From positions 192,001 through 256,000 of IMG/VR virus record IMGVR_UViG_3300020045_008999: DNA of 64,000 nt, one strand, 5' to 3'. The notes beneath the pieces were generated by a model that was not told the origin of the DNA, searched no databases, and saw only the letters and a program-made list of their open reading frames with translations. Shown one piece after another: positions 49,450 through 60,217 of this stretch; position 1 is the stretch's first letter; each line of letters starts with the position of its first letter. The stretch is from a virus (lineage: Duplodnaviria > Heunggongvirae > Uroviricota > Caudoviricetes). Made by a program: the position numbers and the translations under genes.

Positions 49450-50433
49450 ATGAAAACAGTACTTATTGTCGATGGCAATTATATTTTAACTAAAAATGTA
49501 TTTAGTCTCGCTAAAAATAATGCATTATATCCATACTTAGAAATGACTTTGGATCAGGCCATTAAAAATTACCAAAGTTGGTATCATTTTGATAAAATTT
49601 TCGTAGTTTCGGATTCTAGAGAAAAGTCTTGGCGAAAAAGAATTGATGATTCCTATAAGGGAACTCGTAAAAAAGATACCACAATAGACTGGGATTTTGT
49701 ATATCAAACATATGCGACGTTCAAAGATAATGTTTCCAATGTAAGGAACGTTACTGTTCTTGAGGCACCTACGGTTGAGGGCGATGACTGGATTTCGTAT
49801 TTAGTACATGAGAATAATGCTAAAGGAATTTCCACCGTTACTATTACCAATGATTATGACATCAAGCAGTTGGTAAAATTCCAAATGAATCCTCGCTACA
49901 TTAATGTAATAACAAATGAAATGATGTCAAGACAACTTATTTTTCTACCTAAGAATTATGAAATATTCTTAGATAAAATAAGAAATGACTTCGATCCATA
50001 TGATATTTTCAATCAAAACACTGATATGAATTTTGTGAAAATGATCGACGGTTTGCTCCAAAAATGTAACTTAGTTGAAATAAACCCAATAGAATGTTTG
50101 TTGCTTAAAGTTATATCTGGTGATAAAAGTGATAATATATCATCTGTGCACGAAACATATAACAATGGAAAGAAACGCGGAATTGGTGATGCAGGGGCTA
50201 AAACAATTTTAGGATTATATATTGATGAATTTGGTGAACCAGATGGTTTGTCTGACGATTTAATTGATAATTTATCCGACGTTATTCTGGAAAAGAAAAA
50301 GTTAAATCGCCATGAATTCGGTGACATTGTGAAAAATATTAAAAAAAATATATCAATGGTCGATTTAAGTATGGAATCCATTCCAACCGATATAATCAAT
50401 ATAATGAAAGACGTCTATGATCAAAATAAATAA
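49450..50433 (+). CDS. 5'-3' exonuclease / T4 RNase H-like flap nuclease
   Basis: IVDGN, SWRK...YKGTRK, EGDD, DYDIKQL, GDKSDNI, RGIG. Confidence 0.88.
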   Translation: MKTVLIVDGNYILTKNVFSLAKNNALYPYLEMTLDQAIKNYQSWYHFDKIFVVSDSREKSWRKRIDDSYKGTRKKDTTIDWDFVYQTYATFKDNVSNVRNVTVLEAPTVEGDDWISYLVHENNAKGISTVTITNDYDIKQLVKFQMNPRYINVITNEMMSRQLIFLPKNYEIFLDKIRNDFDPYDIFNQNTDMNFVKMIDGLLQKCNLVEINPIECLLLKVISGDKSDNISSVHETYNNGKKRGIGDAGAKTILGLYIDEFGEPDGLSDDLIDNLSDVILEKKKLNRHEFGDIVKNIKKNISMVDLSMESIPTDIINIMKDVYDQNK

Positions 50434-50872
50434 AGAGCATGCCAAATTCATGGAATTACATGGTGGGGAAATAATAAAAAAAAACATGCCAATCCAAGAT
50501 CCATTGAAAATAGCGAATCGTTTTTCAAATTATGAAATAGTTAGTTGGTTTTATGAAATATTAATGCTATATTTGAATCATAATTTAAATTCACATCGAA
50601 ATCAAGATCCTAGTTATCATCATAACGTTATGATTGACCTAAATAAGGCTATTCAAATACAACAACCAACAAGATCAAAAGTAATTGGTAAACATTTTAA
50701 TTATGATTTAAATGTATATGAATATGAACTGGAAAATGGCGATTTCATTCCAGTAGTACCTCAGAAAACATATAAATCAATTATTGATATTCGTATTTTT
50801 CCACTAGAGTTCATTAAACTTATAGATGTGGCAACCTATCGATCATTATCAATCGAACAAATAATTATATAA
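50417..50872 (+). CDS. hypothetical protein with C-terminal tag
   Basis: Ends RSLSIEQIII. Confidence 0.55.
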   Translation: MIKINKEHAKFMELHGGEIIKKNMPIQDPLKIANRFSNYEIVSWFYEILMLYLNHNLNSHRNQDPSYHHNVMIDLNKAIQIQQPTRSKVIGKHFNYDLNVYEYELENGDFIPVVPQKTYKSIIDIRIFPLEFIKLIDVATYRSLSIEQIII

Positions 50873-50874
50873 AA

Positions 50875-51288
50875 ATGGCAGAATTACTAAAGGTATTCAA
50901 AGCAATGACGGAATACGGTGATGGGGACTGGAATAGTCTGGAAGATATTCACAAAGTGGAATGTTTTTTTATATTCAACCGATATTTCACCAAGATGTAT
51001 CCAGAAAAGGCACAATTGTTAAATGATAAAGAAATCGATAAAGTAGTTGCAATGGATTTATGGAGATTATTCATCAAAAGTGAAAAATATCCTAAAAATT
51101 TCTGGAGTAAGACATCCGATGTTAAAATAAAATTAGAAAAAGGGGAATACACGGAAAAGGACATTCAATTAATAATCAACAAATTGGATATCAAGATAGA
51201 TGAATTTAATTTATTGTATAACAACCATAAAGACATTCTTGACGAAGAATTAAAATATTATAAAAATTTAGAAAAAAATGACAAATAG
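50875..51288 (+). CDS. possible clamp-loader small subunit (T4 gp62-like)
   Basis: FFIFNRYF...AQLLN motif, size and replication-gene context. Confidence 0.35.
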   Translation: MAELLKVFKAMTEYGDGDWNSLEDIHKVECFFIFNRYFTKMYPEKAQLLNDKEIDKVVAMDLWRLFIKSEKYPKNFWSKTSDVKIKLEKGEYTEKDIQLIINKLDIKIDEFNLLYNNHKDILDEELKYYKNLEKNDK

Positions 51289-51826
51289 AATAGCCGAAGA
51301 AAAAAACGTGTGGTATACAATCCAAGTACAACCTAATCGCGAAAAAGGAATTGCCGAAAAAATAAATAATGAAATCGAAAAAGGTTTCTTAAAAGGGGTA
51401 AGTCAGACTTTGGTACCCACCGAAGTATCCATGACTATAAAAGATAATAAGCGTGTTAAACGTGAAAAAATCTTATATCCCGGTTATGTTTTCGTAGAAG
51501 CATCTTCATTGGGTGAATTACAATATGTAATTAAAAATACACCAGGTGCGAGTTCACTACTCAAAGACAGAAGTGGGGCGATATTACCAATCAGACAAAG
51601 TGAGATTGATCGCATGTCAGTTTATATGAAAACAGAAGAAGCCGCTATAAGTTCTATAAAATTCATAAAAGATGAGAAGGTATCGATCATAAGTGGTCCA
51701 TTTAACTCATTTAAAGGCACTATAAGCGAAGTACTCAATAATAAAGTAAAAGTATCTGTTTCCATATTCGGGCGTGTAACAGAAGTCGAATTAGACTCTA
51801 TACAGATTCAGAAATGTATTGATTAA
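51278..51826 (+). CDS. nusG: transcription elongation/antitermination factor NusG
   Basis: NGN WYTIQVQPNRE...LYPGYVFVE; KOW VSIISGPFNSFKGTI...VSIFGRVTEVEL. Confidence 0.92.
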   Translation: MTNRIAEEKNVWYTIQVQPNREKGIAEKINNEIEKGFLKGVSQTLVPTEVSMTIKDNKRVKREKILYPGYVFVEASSLGELQYVIKNTPGASSLLKDRSGAILPIRQSEIDRMSVYMKTEEAAISSIKFIKDEKVSIISGPFNSFKGTISEVLNNKVKVSVSIFGRVTEVELDSIQIQKCID

Positions 51827-51831
51827 TATTA

Positions 51832-52056
51832 CTAAGAACGATCCATGTTTAATATATCATGGATCGCTTCTTTTCGATTATATTCTACCATGTAAATTTC
51901 AAAAAGTTTCAGATCCTCGATCTGAAAGCGAGACACTTGATATTCACTGCCGCATATCCATCCACATAATACTACTTCGCCTTCAATACTCAATACTCGC
52001 ATCCTATTACCACCAGTATTTTTAATCACAATATCTTGTATATTAATACTAACCAT
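51832..52056 (-). CDS. YodC/DUF2158-like small protein with C-terminal tag
   Basis: DIVIKNTGGNRMRV...VLCGW...F-x3-DL; then RKEAIHDIL. Confidence 0.55.
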   Translation of the reverse strand: MVSINIQDIVIKNTGGNRMRVLSIEGEVVLCGWICGSEYQVSRFQIEDLKLFEIYMVEYNRKEAIHDILNMDRS

Positions 52057-52381
52057 TCCGATCTATATAATACGTATTGGTGGTTGATAACAACTCTAAA
52101 TTATCATGATGTAGTTGGCAGTTGTTAATAAATTGATCAACATCATCATTATTAAGATCAAACCACTCACCGGATACTCGCTTACTCGAATACAATCTAT
52201 GTAATGTAGATTCAATTTTAATTGCCCATACCGAGTTAAAAATGTTTACTATTTTAATCTCACATGCATTTCCGGTTTTAAGTTCGTTTAATCTCTTTTC
52301 AACTGGTCTTTTTGAGAATCCGATTTTATATAGTAGGTGATCACCAAAATCACATTTCAATAAATATACATTGCATTTCAT
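52049..52381 (-). CDS. GIY-YIG (T5orf172-like) protein
   Basis: VYLL...YKIGFS...RLNELKTGN...IESTLH...GEWF. Confidence 0.8.
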   Translation of the reverse strand: MKCNVYLLKCDFGDHLLYKIGFSKRPVEKRLNELKTGNACEIKIVNIFNSVWAIKIESTLHRLYSSKRVSGEWFDLNNDDVDQFINNCQLHHDNLELLSTTNTYYIDRNG

Positions 52382-52409
52382 TATCTATATATAAAGACAG
52401 TAGACTTCC

Positions 52410-52961
52410 CTATTCCAATTCTAATTCGAATTCATCTTCATCAGAATCTTCATCACCAAACATTTCATCTAGTTCAATTTTTAATTCAATTAAAAGTTCT
52501 TCGTTTATATCTTTAAGTGATATTTTCTTAGTAAATTGGCCAACTAGTACAGAGTCTGTATATTTTTTGAATTTCACCGTACAATCTTTCACATCATCCA
52601 TATTAAATGTTTCTTCAATATCTTCCGGGATCGCACTTGCTAAATCAATGATGATTATTAAATCGTAACGCGATTTATCATCGCTAAAAATTACCTTTAC
52701 ACTATCGTTTAATTTAGAATACCTGGTAAGTTCGGATGTTTGTAATACTAGACCCATATCAGCAAATGACATCCCACCATCCTTCTTCCTAGATTTGTTA
52801 TTTGCATCATTAAATGTATCAATTGTACCATCTTCTATTGAATTCGCAAACATTCGATCAATGTTTCGCTTCACCACACTCAAGGCTTGGTGAATCACTT
52901 CTTCCGGTGCATCATTAACAATTCCTTCAGTGATATATTGATCAAATTTAATTATTTTCAT
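52410..52961 (-). CDS. probable late/virion protein with N-terminal tag and acidic tail
   Basis: MKIIKFDQYITE; TAATATATA at 52980-52988. Confidence 0.6.
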   Translation of the reverse strand: MKIIKFDQYITEGIVNDAPEEVIHQALSVVKRNIDRMFANSIEDGTIDTFNDANNKSRKKDGGMSFADMGLVLQTSELTRYSKLNDSVKVIFSDDKSRYDLIIIIDLASAIPEDIEETFNMDDVKDCTVKFKKYTDSVLVGQFTKKISLKDINEELLIELKIELDEMFGDEDSDEDEFELELE

Positions 52962-53038
52962 ATAGAAGATTCTTTTTACTATATATTAAAAAACTTTATA
53001 TACTATTTATTATATAAAGAATAAAATAAAATAGTATT

Positions 53039-53299
53039 ATGCAATCATTAAAAGAAGAAGCTATACGTAGTTACATCGAACAAATAGATTTTAATGGCGA
53101 TTGGTCTTATGAAGTTATAGAAAAAGAAATTTCTAAATTTATAGGCGAACGTCCATCATTAGATGTGAAATATAAAAAAGATGTTCTATTAGTAGAGGGT
53201 AGTAAGAAAGCTAAAGAAATTCAAAAATTAGAAAAAATATCAATCATTTATACTGACTTGGATAATCAGATTAAGAAAATTGAAATTTTAATAGATTAA
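53039..53299 (+). CDS. hypothetical protein
   Basis: ORF track. Confidence 0.6.
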   Translation: MQSLKEEAIRSYIEQIDFNGDWSYEVIEKEISKFIGERPSLDVKYKKDVLLVEGSKKAKEIQKLEKISIIYTDLDNQIKKIEILID

Positions 53300-53301
53300 T
53301 T

Positions 53302-53565
53302 ATGTTAAATGTTAAAAATATAATAGAAACACACTCACTAGACTTAACCAAACTTTTTTTGGATATTAAGAATGGTATTATACTTGAATATCAGTTTACA
53401 ACAATTATTAATTTTTATGAACTAATGTTAAATAATAATACAAACTGTGTTCCTAGCGCAACCAAATCATATATGAATTCGTTATTAGCATCTGGATATT
53501 ACATCGATTATGCATCAATACACCGATCCAATGCGATAACTAAAATTTTGAAAGATGAGATTTAG
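53302..53565 (+). CDS. hypothetical protein with C-terminal tag
   Basis: Ends RSNAITKILKDEI. Confidence 0.6.
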   Translation: MLNVKNIIETHSLDLTKLFLDIKNGIILEYQFTTIINFYELMLNNNTNCVPSATKSYMNSLLASGYYIDYASIHRSNAITKILKDEI

Positions 53566-53845
53566 TGTAAGTATTCTTGACTATTTGGGGAAATACCAAG
53601 ATGGGGTTTTAGTTCTGTTGACAATTAAGTATAATGATGTATATTATGATGCAACTTATTATTATAATAAAGAACACTTGTTATTGACTATCAATGAGAA
53701 TTTCGAAATCGAGCTGGGACATTTAATCACCGATGATTCAGATTATGTAGAACTTATCAGATACATTATCACAAAGGTAGTACCATACGATGAAATTTTC
53801 AACAGATTAGATGAATATGTGCCAAAAGAAAATCCACTTGATTAA
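53555..53845 (+). CDS. hypothetical protein
   Basis: ORF in operon. Confidence 0.6.
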   Translation: MRFSVSILDYLGKYQDGVLVLLTIKYNDVYYDATYYYNKEHLLLTINENFEIELGHLITDDSDYVELIRYIITKVVPYDEIFNRLDEYVPKENPLD

Positions 53846-53868
53846 TATAATTTAATCAAGTGGATTTT
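53829..53868. terminator. 17-bp inverted repeat between convergent genes
   Basis: aaaatccacttgattaa-tataat-ttaatcaagtggatttt. Confidence 0.8.
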
Positions 53869-54074
53869 TATAATCCGCTTTCTACAACCCAACCGTCATT
53901 TAGATAAGACTCTACCCAATCCATATATCTACCCTGTGTTACTAAACTAGTTCTTGTAACTTTTCCATTTTTCATAACATGGTTAATATTGATAAACCAA
54001 TCATCGGTTTGATCAGTTTCAAAATAAATTTTAGTACGGGCTTTAGGTTTGGTTAATATTATTTCTATTTTCAT
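53868..54074 (-). CDS. hypothetical protein
   Basis: ORF track. Confidence 0.55.
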   Translation of the reverse strand: MKIEIILTKPKARTKIYFETDQTDDWFININHVMKNGKVTRTSLVTQGRYMDWVESYLNDGWVVESGL

Positions 54075-54092
54075 AGAATATATATTGAGTTT

Positions 54093-55229
54093 CTAAATCA
54101 CGATTTCATTAAGAAATTTACGAGCATTCTCTAAACGGATTGTTTCCGATAGTATTCGTTCTTCGATTTTTATATTAATATCAAACCCATTAATTACCGA
54201 CATGACATAATTAAAAGATACGTCTTTGTTATTTGCTCTGGCAAAGGCACCAATATCATATCCAGTTGCAACATATTTTTCATACAATATATTGATAGAT
54301 TTAAGACAGTTGGATTTGTATGTATTTATTTTATCAACAATTAAATCAACTTCTTTATTTTTCATTGGATCATTTAACACAGACAATATATCGTCAATCT
54401 CACCGGATAATATCAATCGGATTAAATCATTTTCACGATACAATGAATCAGTATATAAACCATGTCTATCAAAATACCATTGTGTCTTTTGCTTAACCAT
54501 TAATCCATTTGTGAATATTACCACAAATCCTTCAGAATCTACTTCGGTTTTAGCTAATTGTATAATCTCGTCTAATGTATAATCAAATGAAAGTCTGGTT
54601 TTTATAAAGGACGGGACCGAATCGAGTGACATATATTCACCACTTATATTATTACGAAGTTGTAGTAAAATAAGACTTCTACCTTTGTATTGTAGTACAA
54701 TTCTATTATCAATTGAAACATATTCAAATATTGGTATAATATTGTTGTCAATTGAGTTCTTAACAAATTCATATAAGTGGGCATCCGAATTGATTATATC
54801 ATTTGCGGCCACTGCTGGATCGGATATAAATGATCCCTTAGACTTAGCTACTATATTTCCATTTGGTAATTTTATGAACGAGGCTAATGAACCATCTTCT
54901 TTATAACTAACCGTATCAATTGTGAGATTTTTTATAATATCATACTGGGTTAATTCACTTTGATTAATATTAAAAAATTTTTTCAAAAGTAAATAACGAT
55001 TGTATAAAGTCCCGTCAGAATTCCACACAAAAGTAAGACCACGAAGTTCATGTGCTTTATAAGATTTACCAGGCACCGGCTCTTCAAAAGTATTTGGTGA
55101 TGCTAATTTATAATCAAAAATGGACACGTTAAACCCCTGTACTACATATTTCATTTCATAGAATAAAAACCCGTCAGTAACGGCACATATTTCTAAACAT
55201 TCTTCATAAGTTGGTAAAAACTGCACCAT
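54093..55229 (-). CDS. RNA ligase 1 (T4 RnlA family)
   Basis: ELRGLTF, KFFNINQ, KEDGSL (motif I), FEYVS..NRIVL, EGFVV, VKQK. Confidence 0.9.
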   Translation of the reverse strand: MVQFLPTYEECLEICAVTDGFLFYEMKYVVQGFNVSIFDYKLASPNTFEEPVPGKSYKAHELRGLTFVWNSDGTLYNRYLLLKKFFNINQSELTQYDIIKNLTIDTVSYKEDGSLASFIKLPNGNIVAKSKGSFISDPAVAANDIINSDAHLYEFVKNSIDNNIIPIFEYVSIDNRIVLQYKGRSLILLQLRNNISGEYMSLDSVPSFIKTRLSFDYTLDEIIQLAKTEVDSEGFVVIFTNGLMVKQKTQWYFDRHGLYTDSLYRENDLIRLILSGEIDDILSVLNDPMKNKEVDLIVDKINTYKSNCLKSINILYEKYVATGYDIGAFARANNKDVSFNYVMSVINGFDINIKIEERILSETIRLENARKFLNEIVI

Positions 55230-55759
55230 TATTCTTTTAAAATATTTCTTAAATTAGACATTCTCATTATGTATTTATCATCTAAGCCAAGTCGGGCTCC
55301 TTCGTATGTAGTTGCAAACGTCGTCCCATCCTTATTGCGAATGAGTATCGGAAATGCTTTATTGGTTAAAACAACATCAATTATGTGACAACTCTCACCC
55401 ATGCAGTCAAAATCCAATCCCACTACATTATCCGGAAATCCTAACCGCATCGAATCACGCGTATGCATTTCATAGTTTTTATCAGCAAGTGATTGTGATA
55501 TTAGGGTAATCACAATGTGCCCACTATACATAACCCTAAAATCATTTACATCAGCTTTAATCTTTTCTTCAATTTCTAAGATCCGAAAAAAATCTCGTAT
55601 CTCAGATAATAGATCTGGTTTAAATTTTTTTGGCAAAGTCAAATACACAGTTAAACATCCGGATTGTGTTCTAATTTTCAAAGATATATCGGTTTGCTCA
55701 AGTTTTGATAAGTCCTCAATATATTTAAATATTTTATCGTTTACTTTCTTCCGATTCAT
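55229..55759 (-). CDS. hypothetical protein with C-terminal tag
   Basis: Ends RMSNLRNILKE. Confidence 0.6.
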   Translation of the reverse strand: MNRKKVNDKIFKYIEDLSKLEQTDISLKIRTQSGCLTVYLTLPKKFKPDLLSEIRDFFRILEIEEKIKADVNDFRVMYSGHIVITLISQSLADKNYEMHTRDSMRLGFPDNVVGLDFDCMGESCHIIDVVLTNKAFPILIRNKDGTTFATTYEGARLGLDDKYIMRMSNLRNILKE

Positions 55760-55771
55760 CGCTTTGTTAGT

Positions 55772-56044
55772 TTAGTAATAGTCGCCACCATTATTATCGT
55801 CATCATCTTCGTCATCATCTTCGTCATCATCGATATCCGTACATTCCAAAACATCATACTTACTAAGTTTATTGATCAGTGATTTAGTTTCGGCAATTGA
55901 AAGCCCAGTATCTTGAATCATAATTACATCAGTGTCAACCCCCTCGTAAGTAATTTTCGCATCTGACATCAAATCGTTCAATAACGCATATACCGTTTCA
56001 GGTTCGGTACACTCATCTAATGAGTAATATTTAAATAATTTCAT
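55772..56044 (-). CDS. small highly acidic protein
   Basis: DDDEDDDEDDDD tail. Confidence 0.6.
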   Translation of the reverse strand: MKLFKYYSLDECTEPETVYALLNDLMSDAKITYEGVDTDVIMIQDTGLSIAETKSLINKLSKYDVLECTDIDDDEDDDEDDDDNNGGDYY

Positions 56045-56050
56045 TTATTT

Positions 56051-57058
56051 TCATTTATTTTTAATATGATTACACTTATATTTTTCTTTTAATTCTTCAT
56101 AACTAAGGCTGTTATTAATTGATGCTATAACTAATCCTATTTGTGGTGCAACTGATACAATATGAAATTTATTAGCACTTGATCCAAAGTCCGCATTTGA
56201 TCCTTTCAATGAGTTACTAATGATAACTTTGGTCAATTGTGAATTAGAAATTCGTACAATTGCTGGCCCAGATAATACACCGTGTGTAATAACTGCAGTA
56301 ACACTTTTTGCTCCATCCGATATCAATGTGTCCGCGGCCCTGCACAGAGTTCCGGCGGTATCTAAAATGTCATCCATTATAATAACATCTTTCCCAACAA
56401 CATCACCAAGTACGAACATTTCATCTACTACATTAGCTTTAGATCTTGTTTTAGATATAGTCACATAGCGAATATTAATATCATAATCACATTTAAGTTG
56501 ATTAACCATACGCTTTACTCGTTTTGCTCCTCCAGGATCTGGACTACAAAGAATTTTATTTAAATCATATAGATTAGCAATATAATCCACAAATACATTT
56601 TTTCCCTCGATGTGATCAACAGGTATATTAAAAAACCCTTGAATTTGATCAGCATGGAAATCAAACCCTATAATAGAAGTTGCACCGGAATTTTCCAACA
56701 TCGATGCCATTAATTTAGCACCAATTGGTCCTCTAATTTGGTCTCGTTTATCACCACGACCATAAATGAAGTATGGGAGAATGGGAATTATTTCAACCGC
56801 CCTTGCTCTTTTAGCAGCATCTATTGCCAGATTCAAACGAATAATTTCATCAGAGTTATCAAAACTAGACAATAAGTATACTCGCTTCCCTTTAACATAA
56901 TCCTTAAAGGATGAGCTCATTTCATTGTCAGAAAATGTTTCATTTAAAATCTCACCACGTTTCAAACTATTAGCCAATCCTAATGAGTTAGTAGCATATA
57001 AAATTTCAGTAAGCAAATCTTCTCGGGATTCGCTTAATAAGTAAATAGTTGATTCCAT
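56051..57058 (-). CDS. prs: ribose-phosphate pyrophosphokinase (PRPP synthetase family)
   Basis: FSDNE, PYFIYGRGDK, DFHADQIQGFF, SPDPGGAKR, IIMDDILDTAGTL, THGVLS. Confidence 0.92.
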   Translation of the reverse strand: MESTIYLLSESREDLLTEILYATNSLGLANSLKRGEILNETFSDNEMSSSFKDYVKGKRVYLLSSFDNSDEIIRLNLAIDAAKRARAVEIIPILPYFIYGRGDKRDQIRGPIGAKLMASMLENSGATSIIGFDFHADQIQGFFNIPVDHIEGKNVFVDYIANLYDLNKILCSPDPGGAKRVKRMVNQLKCDYDINIRYVTISKTRSKANVVDEMFVLGDVVGKDVIIMDDILDTAGTLCRAADTLISDGAKSVTAVITHGVLSGPAIVRISNSQLTKVIISNSLKGSNADFGSSANKFHIVSVAPQIGLVIASINNSLSYEELKEKYKCNHIKNK

Positions 57059-57169
57059 TATTTGATTTTTAGATTACAAAAGTAAGCTTTTTTATAATAC
57101 ACATCAAACTATTTATACATTATTATATGTTTTTCTTGACATAAATACCCACATTAAATATATAGTCAT

Positions 57170-58492
57170 ATGGGAAAGGGGAAATTAAAAACTACTACGC
57201 AATTTATAGAAGATTGCATACTAAAACATGGAAATAAATACGAATATGATAATACAATATATATTAATAGTCACACTAATATAATTATATTCTGTCCAAT
57301 ACATGGTTATTTTAACCAGACCCCAACAAATCATTTAAGAGGAAGTGGGTGTTATCAATGTAGTATAGCATCAAGTTATAAAAATAATGAAGAATTTATA
57401 GATGACTTGGTGAAAATACACAATAACAAATATGATTATTCTAAGACCATATACAAAGGTGGCAGAAATAAAATAATTATAATATGCCCCACTCATGGTG
57501 ATTTTGAACAAAATGCATATAACCACTCACTAGGATTTGGGTGCAGATCTTGTAAAAAAACAAATAAACGCAACGATAATAAATCACCTAAGGAAACTAA
57601 TACATTTAATGAATTTATAGTAGAGGCAACTGCTAAACATGACAATAAATATGATTATAGCAAAGTTGATTATAAATCAAAACATAAAAAAATTATTATT
57701 ATTTGTAAAGAACATACTCATTTTGAAATGACAGCGTTAACACACCTCAATGGTGGTGGTTGTAAATTATGCATCAATGAAGATAAGCGGAAAATAAGGG
57801 AAAATAAGTTCATTAATAAATCCCATATAATACATAATAATACATATGACTATTCTAAAGTTATATATAAAACCTCAGAGGAAAGGGTGATTATTATTTG
57901 TAAAACTCATAAAGAATTTGAACAGCTACCATACACACATCTACATGGGAAAGGCTGTCCGGAATGTCTCCATGAAGAAACGGGAATAAGTTATCAAAAA
58001 ACAATTCATCAATTCATTACCGATGCTAATAAAATTCACTTAAATCGGTACGTATACCCACACGAATATATCACATCGACAACTAAAATTCCTATATTTT
58101 GTATTAAGGGATCGCATACTTTCAAGCAATCACCTAAAGATCATTTAAGGGGTCATGGTTGTCCGTATTGTAAAATTTCAAAGGGTGAATATAAAATTTT
58201 AGATTTATTAACAACATACAAAATTAAGAACATACCACAATATTCATTTAAGGATTGTCTAAATATTGGTAGATTGTTTTTTGATTTTTATTTACCCGAT
58301 ATAAATACATGTATAGAATTTGATGGTATACAACATTTCAAGGTAATTGATTTTTTTGGTGGTGAAAAGGGATTTTTAGATAGACAGAAAAATGATCAAA
58401 TAAAAAACGACTATTGTTATAAAAATAATATTATCTTAATTAGAATTCGTTACGATGAGGACATAATAGAAAAATTAAAAGTCATATTATAA
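57170..58492 (+). mobile_element. free-standing homing endonuclease: 5 zinc-binding repeats plus C-terminal PD-(D/E)xK domain
   Basis: Five H-x2-KYDYS...C-x2-H...HL-x-G-x-GC-x2-C repeats; FDFYLP...IEFDGIQHF; antisense inside the NAD locus. Confidence 0.75.
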
Positions 58493-58509
58493 TATGACTT
58501 TTAATTTTT
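58470..58509. terminator. perfect 40-bp palindrome at convergent junction
   Basis: aaaaattaaaagtcatattataatatgacttttaattttt is its own reverse complement. Confidence 0.8.
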
Positions 58510-58521
58510 ATAAAAAATTTA

Positions 58522-60159
58522 TTAAATTATTTTATTTGGTGCATACTCAATTAATAATGCTTTTTTAAGATCCATTACAGCATCACTACAAGGGAAATTA
58601 TGATTTTCAGGGGTTTCTAAAGTCAGAGGCATAGTCCTCATTTGTTCTTTAATGCGATTTTTAATTTCCAGAAACGTATCCGATTGACCTACACCAAAGG
58701 GTTCCCATATATTATTACCATCGAAATACGGAACTAAATTGTCATCACCATCTTCATGTGCAAATACAATGGTTTTGCATTCTTTGATGGATTTTGGATC
58801 ACGCAACAGCTTAAATGGTCCAGGTAATGTACCTTTGCCTATAGTTTCACTAAATTTAACCACCCCACGATCATCTGCACCCACCGCAGATAGTGCAAAC
58901 TTGGCAGATAAGTCATCACGTTTGTTGTTTCTTAGTGTACCACCCATGCCGAACAATCCCCAAGTATAAAAAGCATATCTGTTGGCAATCAATTCATCGA
59001 TGATATCAAACATTCCTTCAAATTTCTCACCATCACCATCAAGGAATTTTAAATAAGTACCGGTTTTCCATGTACCAGTGCTTGTTTCCATAATATCACT
59101 TAGACCATTTTCATGAGCCAAATTACAAATTTCTAGAACTTGATGTTTCATGGTATATTCCGGAGTACTAGAGTCTGGTCGGGCCACAACAATCTTACCA
59201 TTACCTTCATTCTTACTTCTTAATGCAAGAGGCAATATCATGGTTTTGGTACTATTTTTAGCATCATAACAATCATTTACCAATGAACATATTTCGTTAT
59301 CACCAATCGAATTATAAATAGCTTGATAGCAATCATTCTCTGATTTATACGATTGTACATTTCTATGAGCAAGTGCATTCACCGATGAAAAAATTCCAAT
59401 TTCTTCATTTGAATTTTTCCATGCCTGATAAGCTCCAGAGAACGTATCGGTCCCATTGAATGAATACAAGTGTACCATTCCTAGAATTTCAGATTCTTCA
59501 CTAGTTACCCCTGCACGATCACCAAAATCAGTTAACATGATAGATGCATACATATCAAGATCGGCTTCGGACATATCCGGATCCACTAATTTTATTTTTT
59601 GTTTTAATTTAACAATCACATGCTCTCCCTGTGTTGCTCTCTGAGTAGTAGCCCAGACATGCAATAACTTTGATTCAAACCAAGCACCAAGCACTCCCAT
59701 TCCCTTAACCGCCGAAATAACTTCAATTGCTGGTTCATTTGGATATATAACAGATCCTTCTCGAACTGCTCTAATTGAAATCGGTGGTCTTCCATTAAAC
59801 TCATCCACGACACGTCGCCATATTTCTTCGGGAAATTGATATTCAGTGAATCCGTTGCCGGAAACCTTGGCATGTGCCAAGAATCTCTTAGCTTCATCAA
59901 TTTCAGCATGAGTAATAGGCTCGTAAAATAGTTTTTCTAGTATATTGGGAAGACTCGTAAATACAATACGATCATCACCCTCATCATAAATAGTAGCATT
60001 TATTGCATGTAGTTTTCTACGAAATGTTAGATAATAAGTAGATTTTTCCCTGGCCTCTTCACTCTCGAATTTATCTGATCCAATTGTATATGCATCACCT
60101 TGAAGTAATCTAGGGGTTTTGTGTATTTTTCTTTTTGGTAATATTACTTTTTTACTCAT
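58522..60159 (-). CDS. nicotinamide phosphoribosyltransferase family (NAMPT/NadV-like, divergent)
   Basis: DAY, DFGDRAG, GTDTFSG, ARPDS, DGDG, FGMGG motifs. Confidence 0.85.
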   Translation of the reverse strand: MSKKVILPKRKIHKTPRLLQGDAYTIGSDKFESEEAREKSTYYLTFRRKLHAINATIYDEGDDRIVFTSLPNILEKLFYEPITHAEIDEAKRFLAHAKVSGNGFTEYQFPEEIWRRVVDEFNGRPPISIRAVREGSVIYPNEPAIEVISAVKGMGVLGAWFESKLLHVWATTQRATQGEHVIVKLKQKIKLVDPDMSEADLDMYASIMLTDFGDRAGVTSEESEILGMVHLYSFNGTDTFSGAYQAWKNSNEEIGIFSSVNALAHRNVQSYKSENDCYQAIYNSIGDNEICSLVNDCYDAKNSTKTMILPLALRSKNEGNGKIVVARPDSSTPEYTMKHQVLEICNLAHENGLSDIMETSTGTWKTGTYLKFLDGDGEKFEGMFDIIDELIANRYAFYTWGLFGMGGTLRNNKRDDLSAKFALSAVGADDRGVVKFSETIGKGTLPGPFKLLRDPKSIKECKTIVFAHEDGDDNLVPYFDGNNIWEPFGVGQSDTFLEIKNRIKEQMRTMPLTLETPENHNFPCSDAVMDLKKALLIEYAPNKII

Positions 60160-60217
60160 GATATTGTTTACTATTTAATGTTATTATTTATTTTTAGTCT
60201 ATTTGGTAAGAATTTAA

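Noticed and set aside
57170-58492. Group I intron or intein hosting the endonuclease
   Set aside because: Flanking prs and NAMPT-like genes are each complete, and the nuclease is antisense and intergenic.
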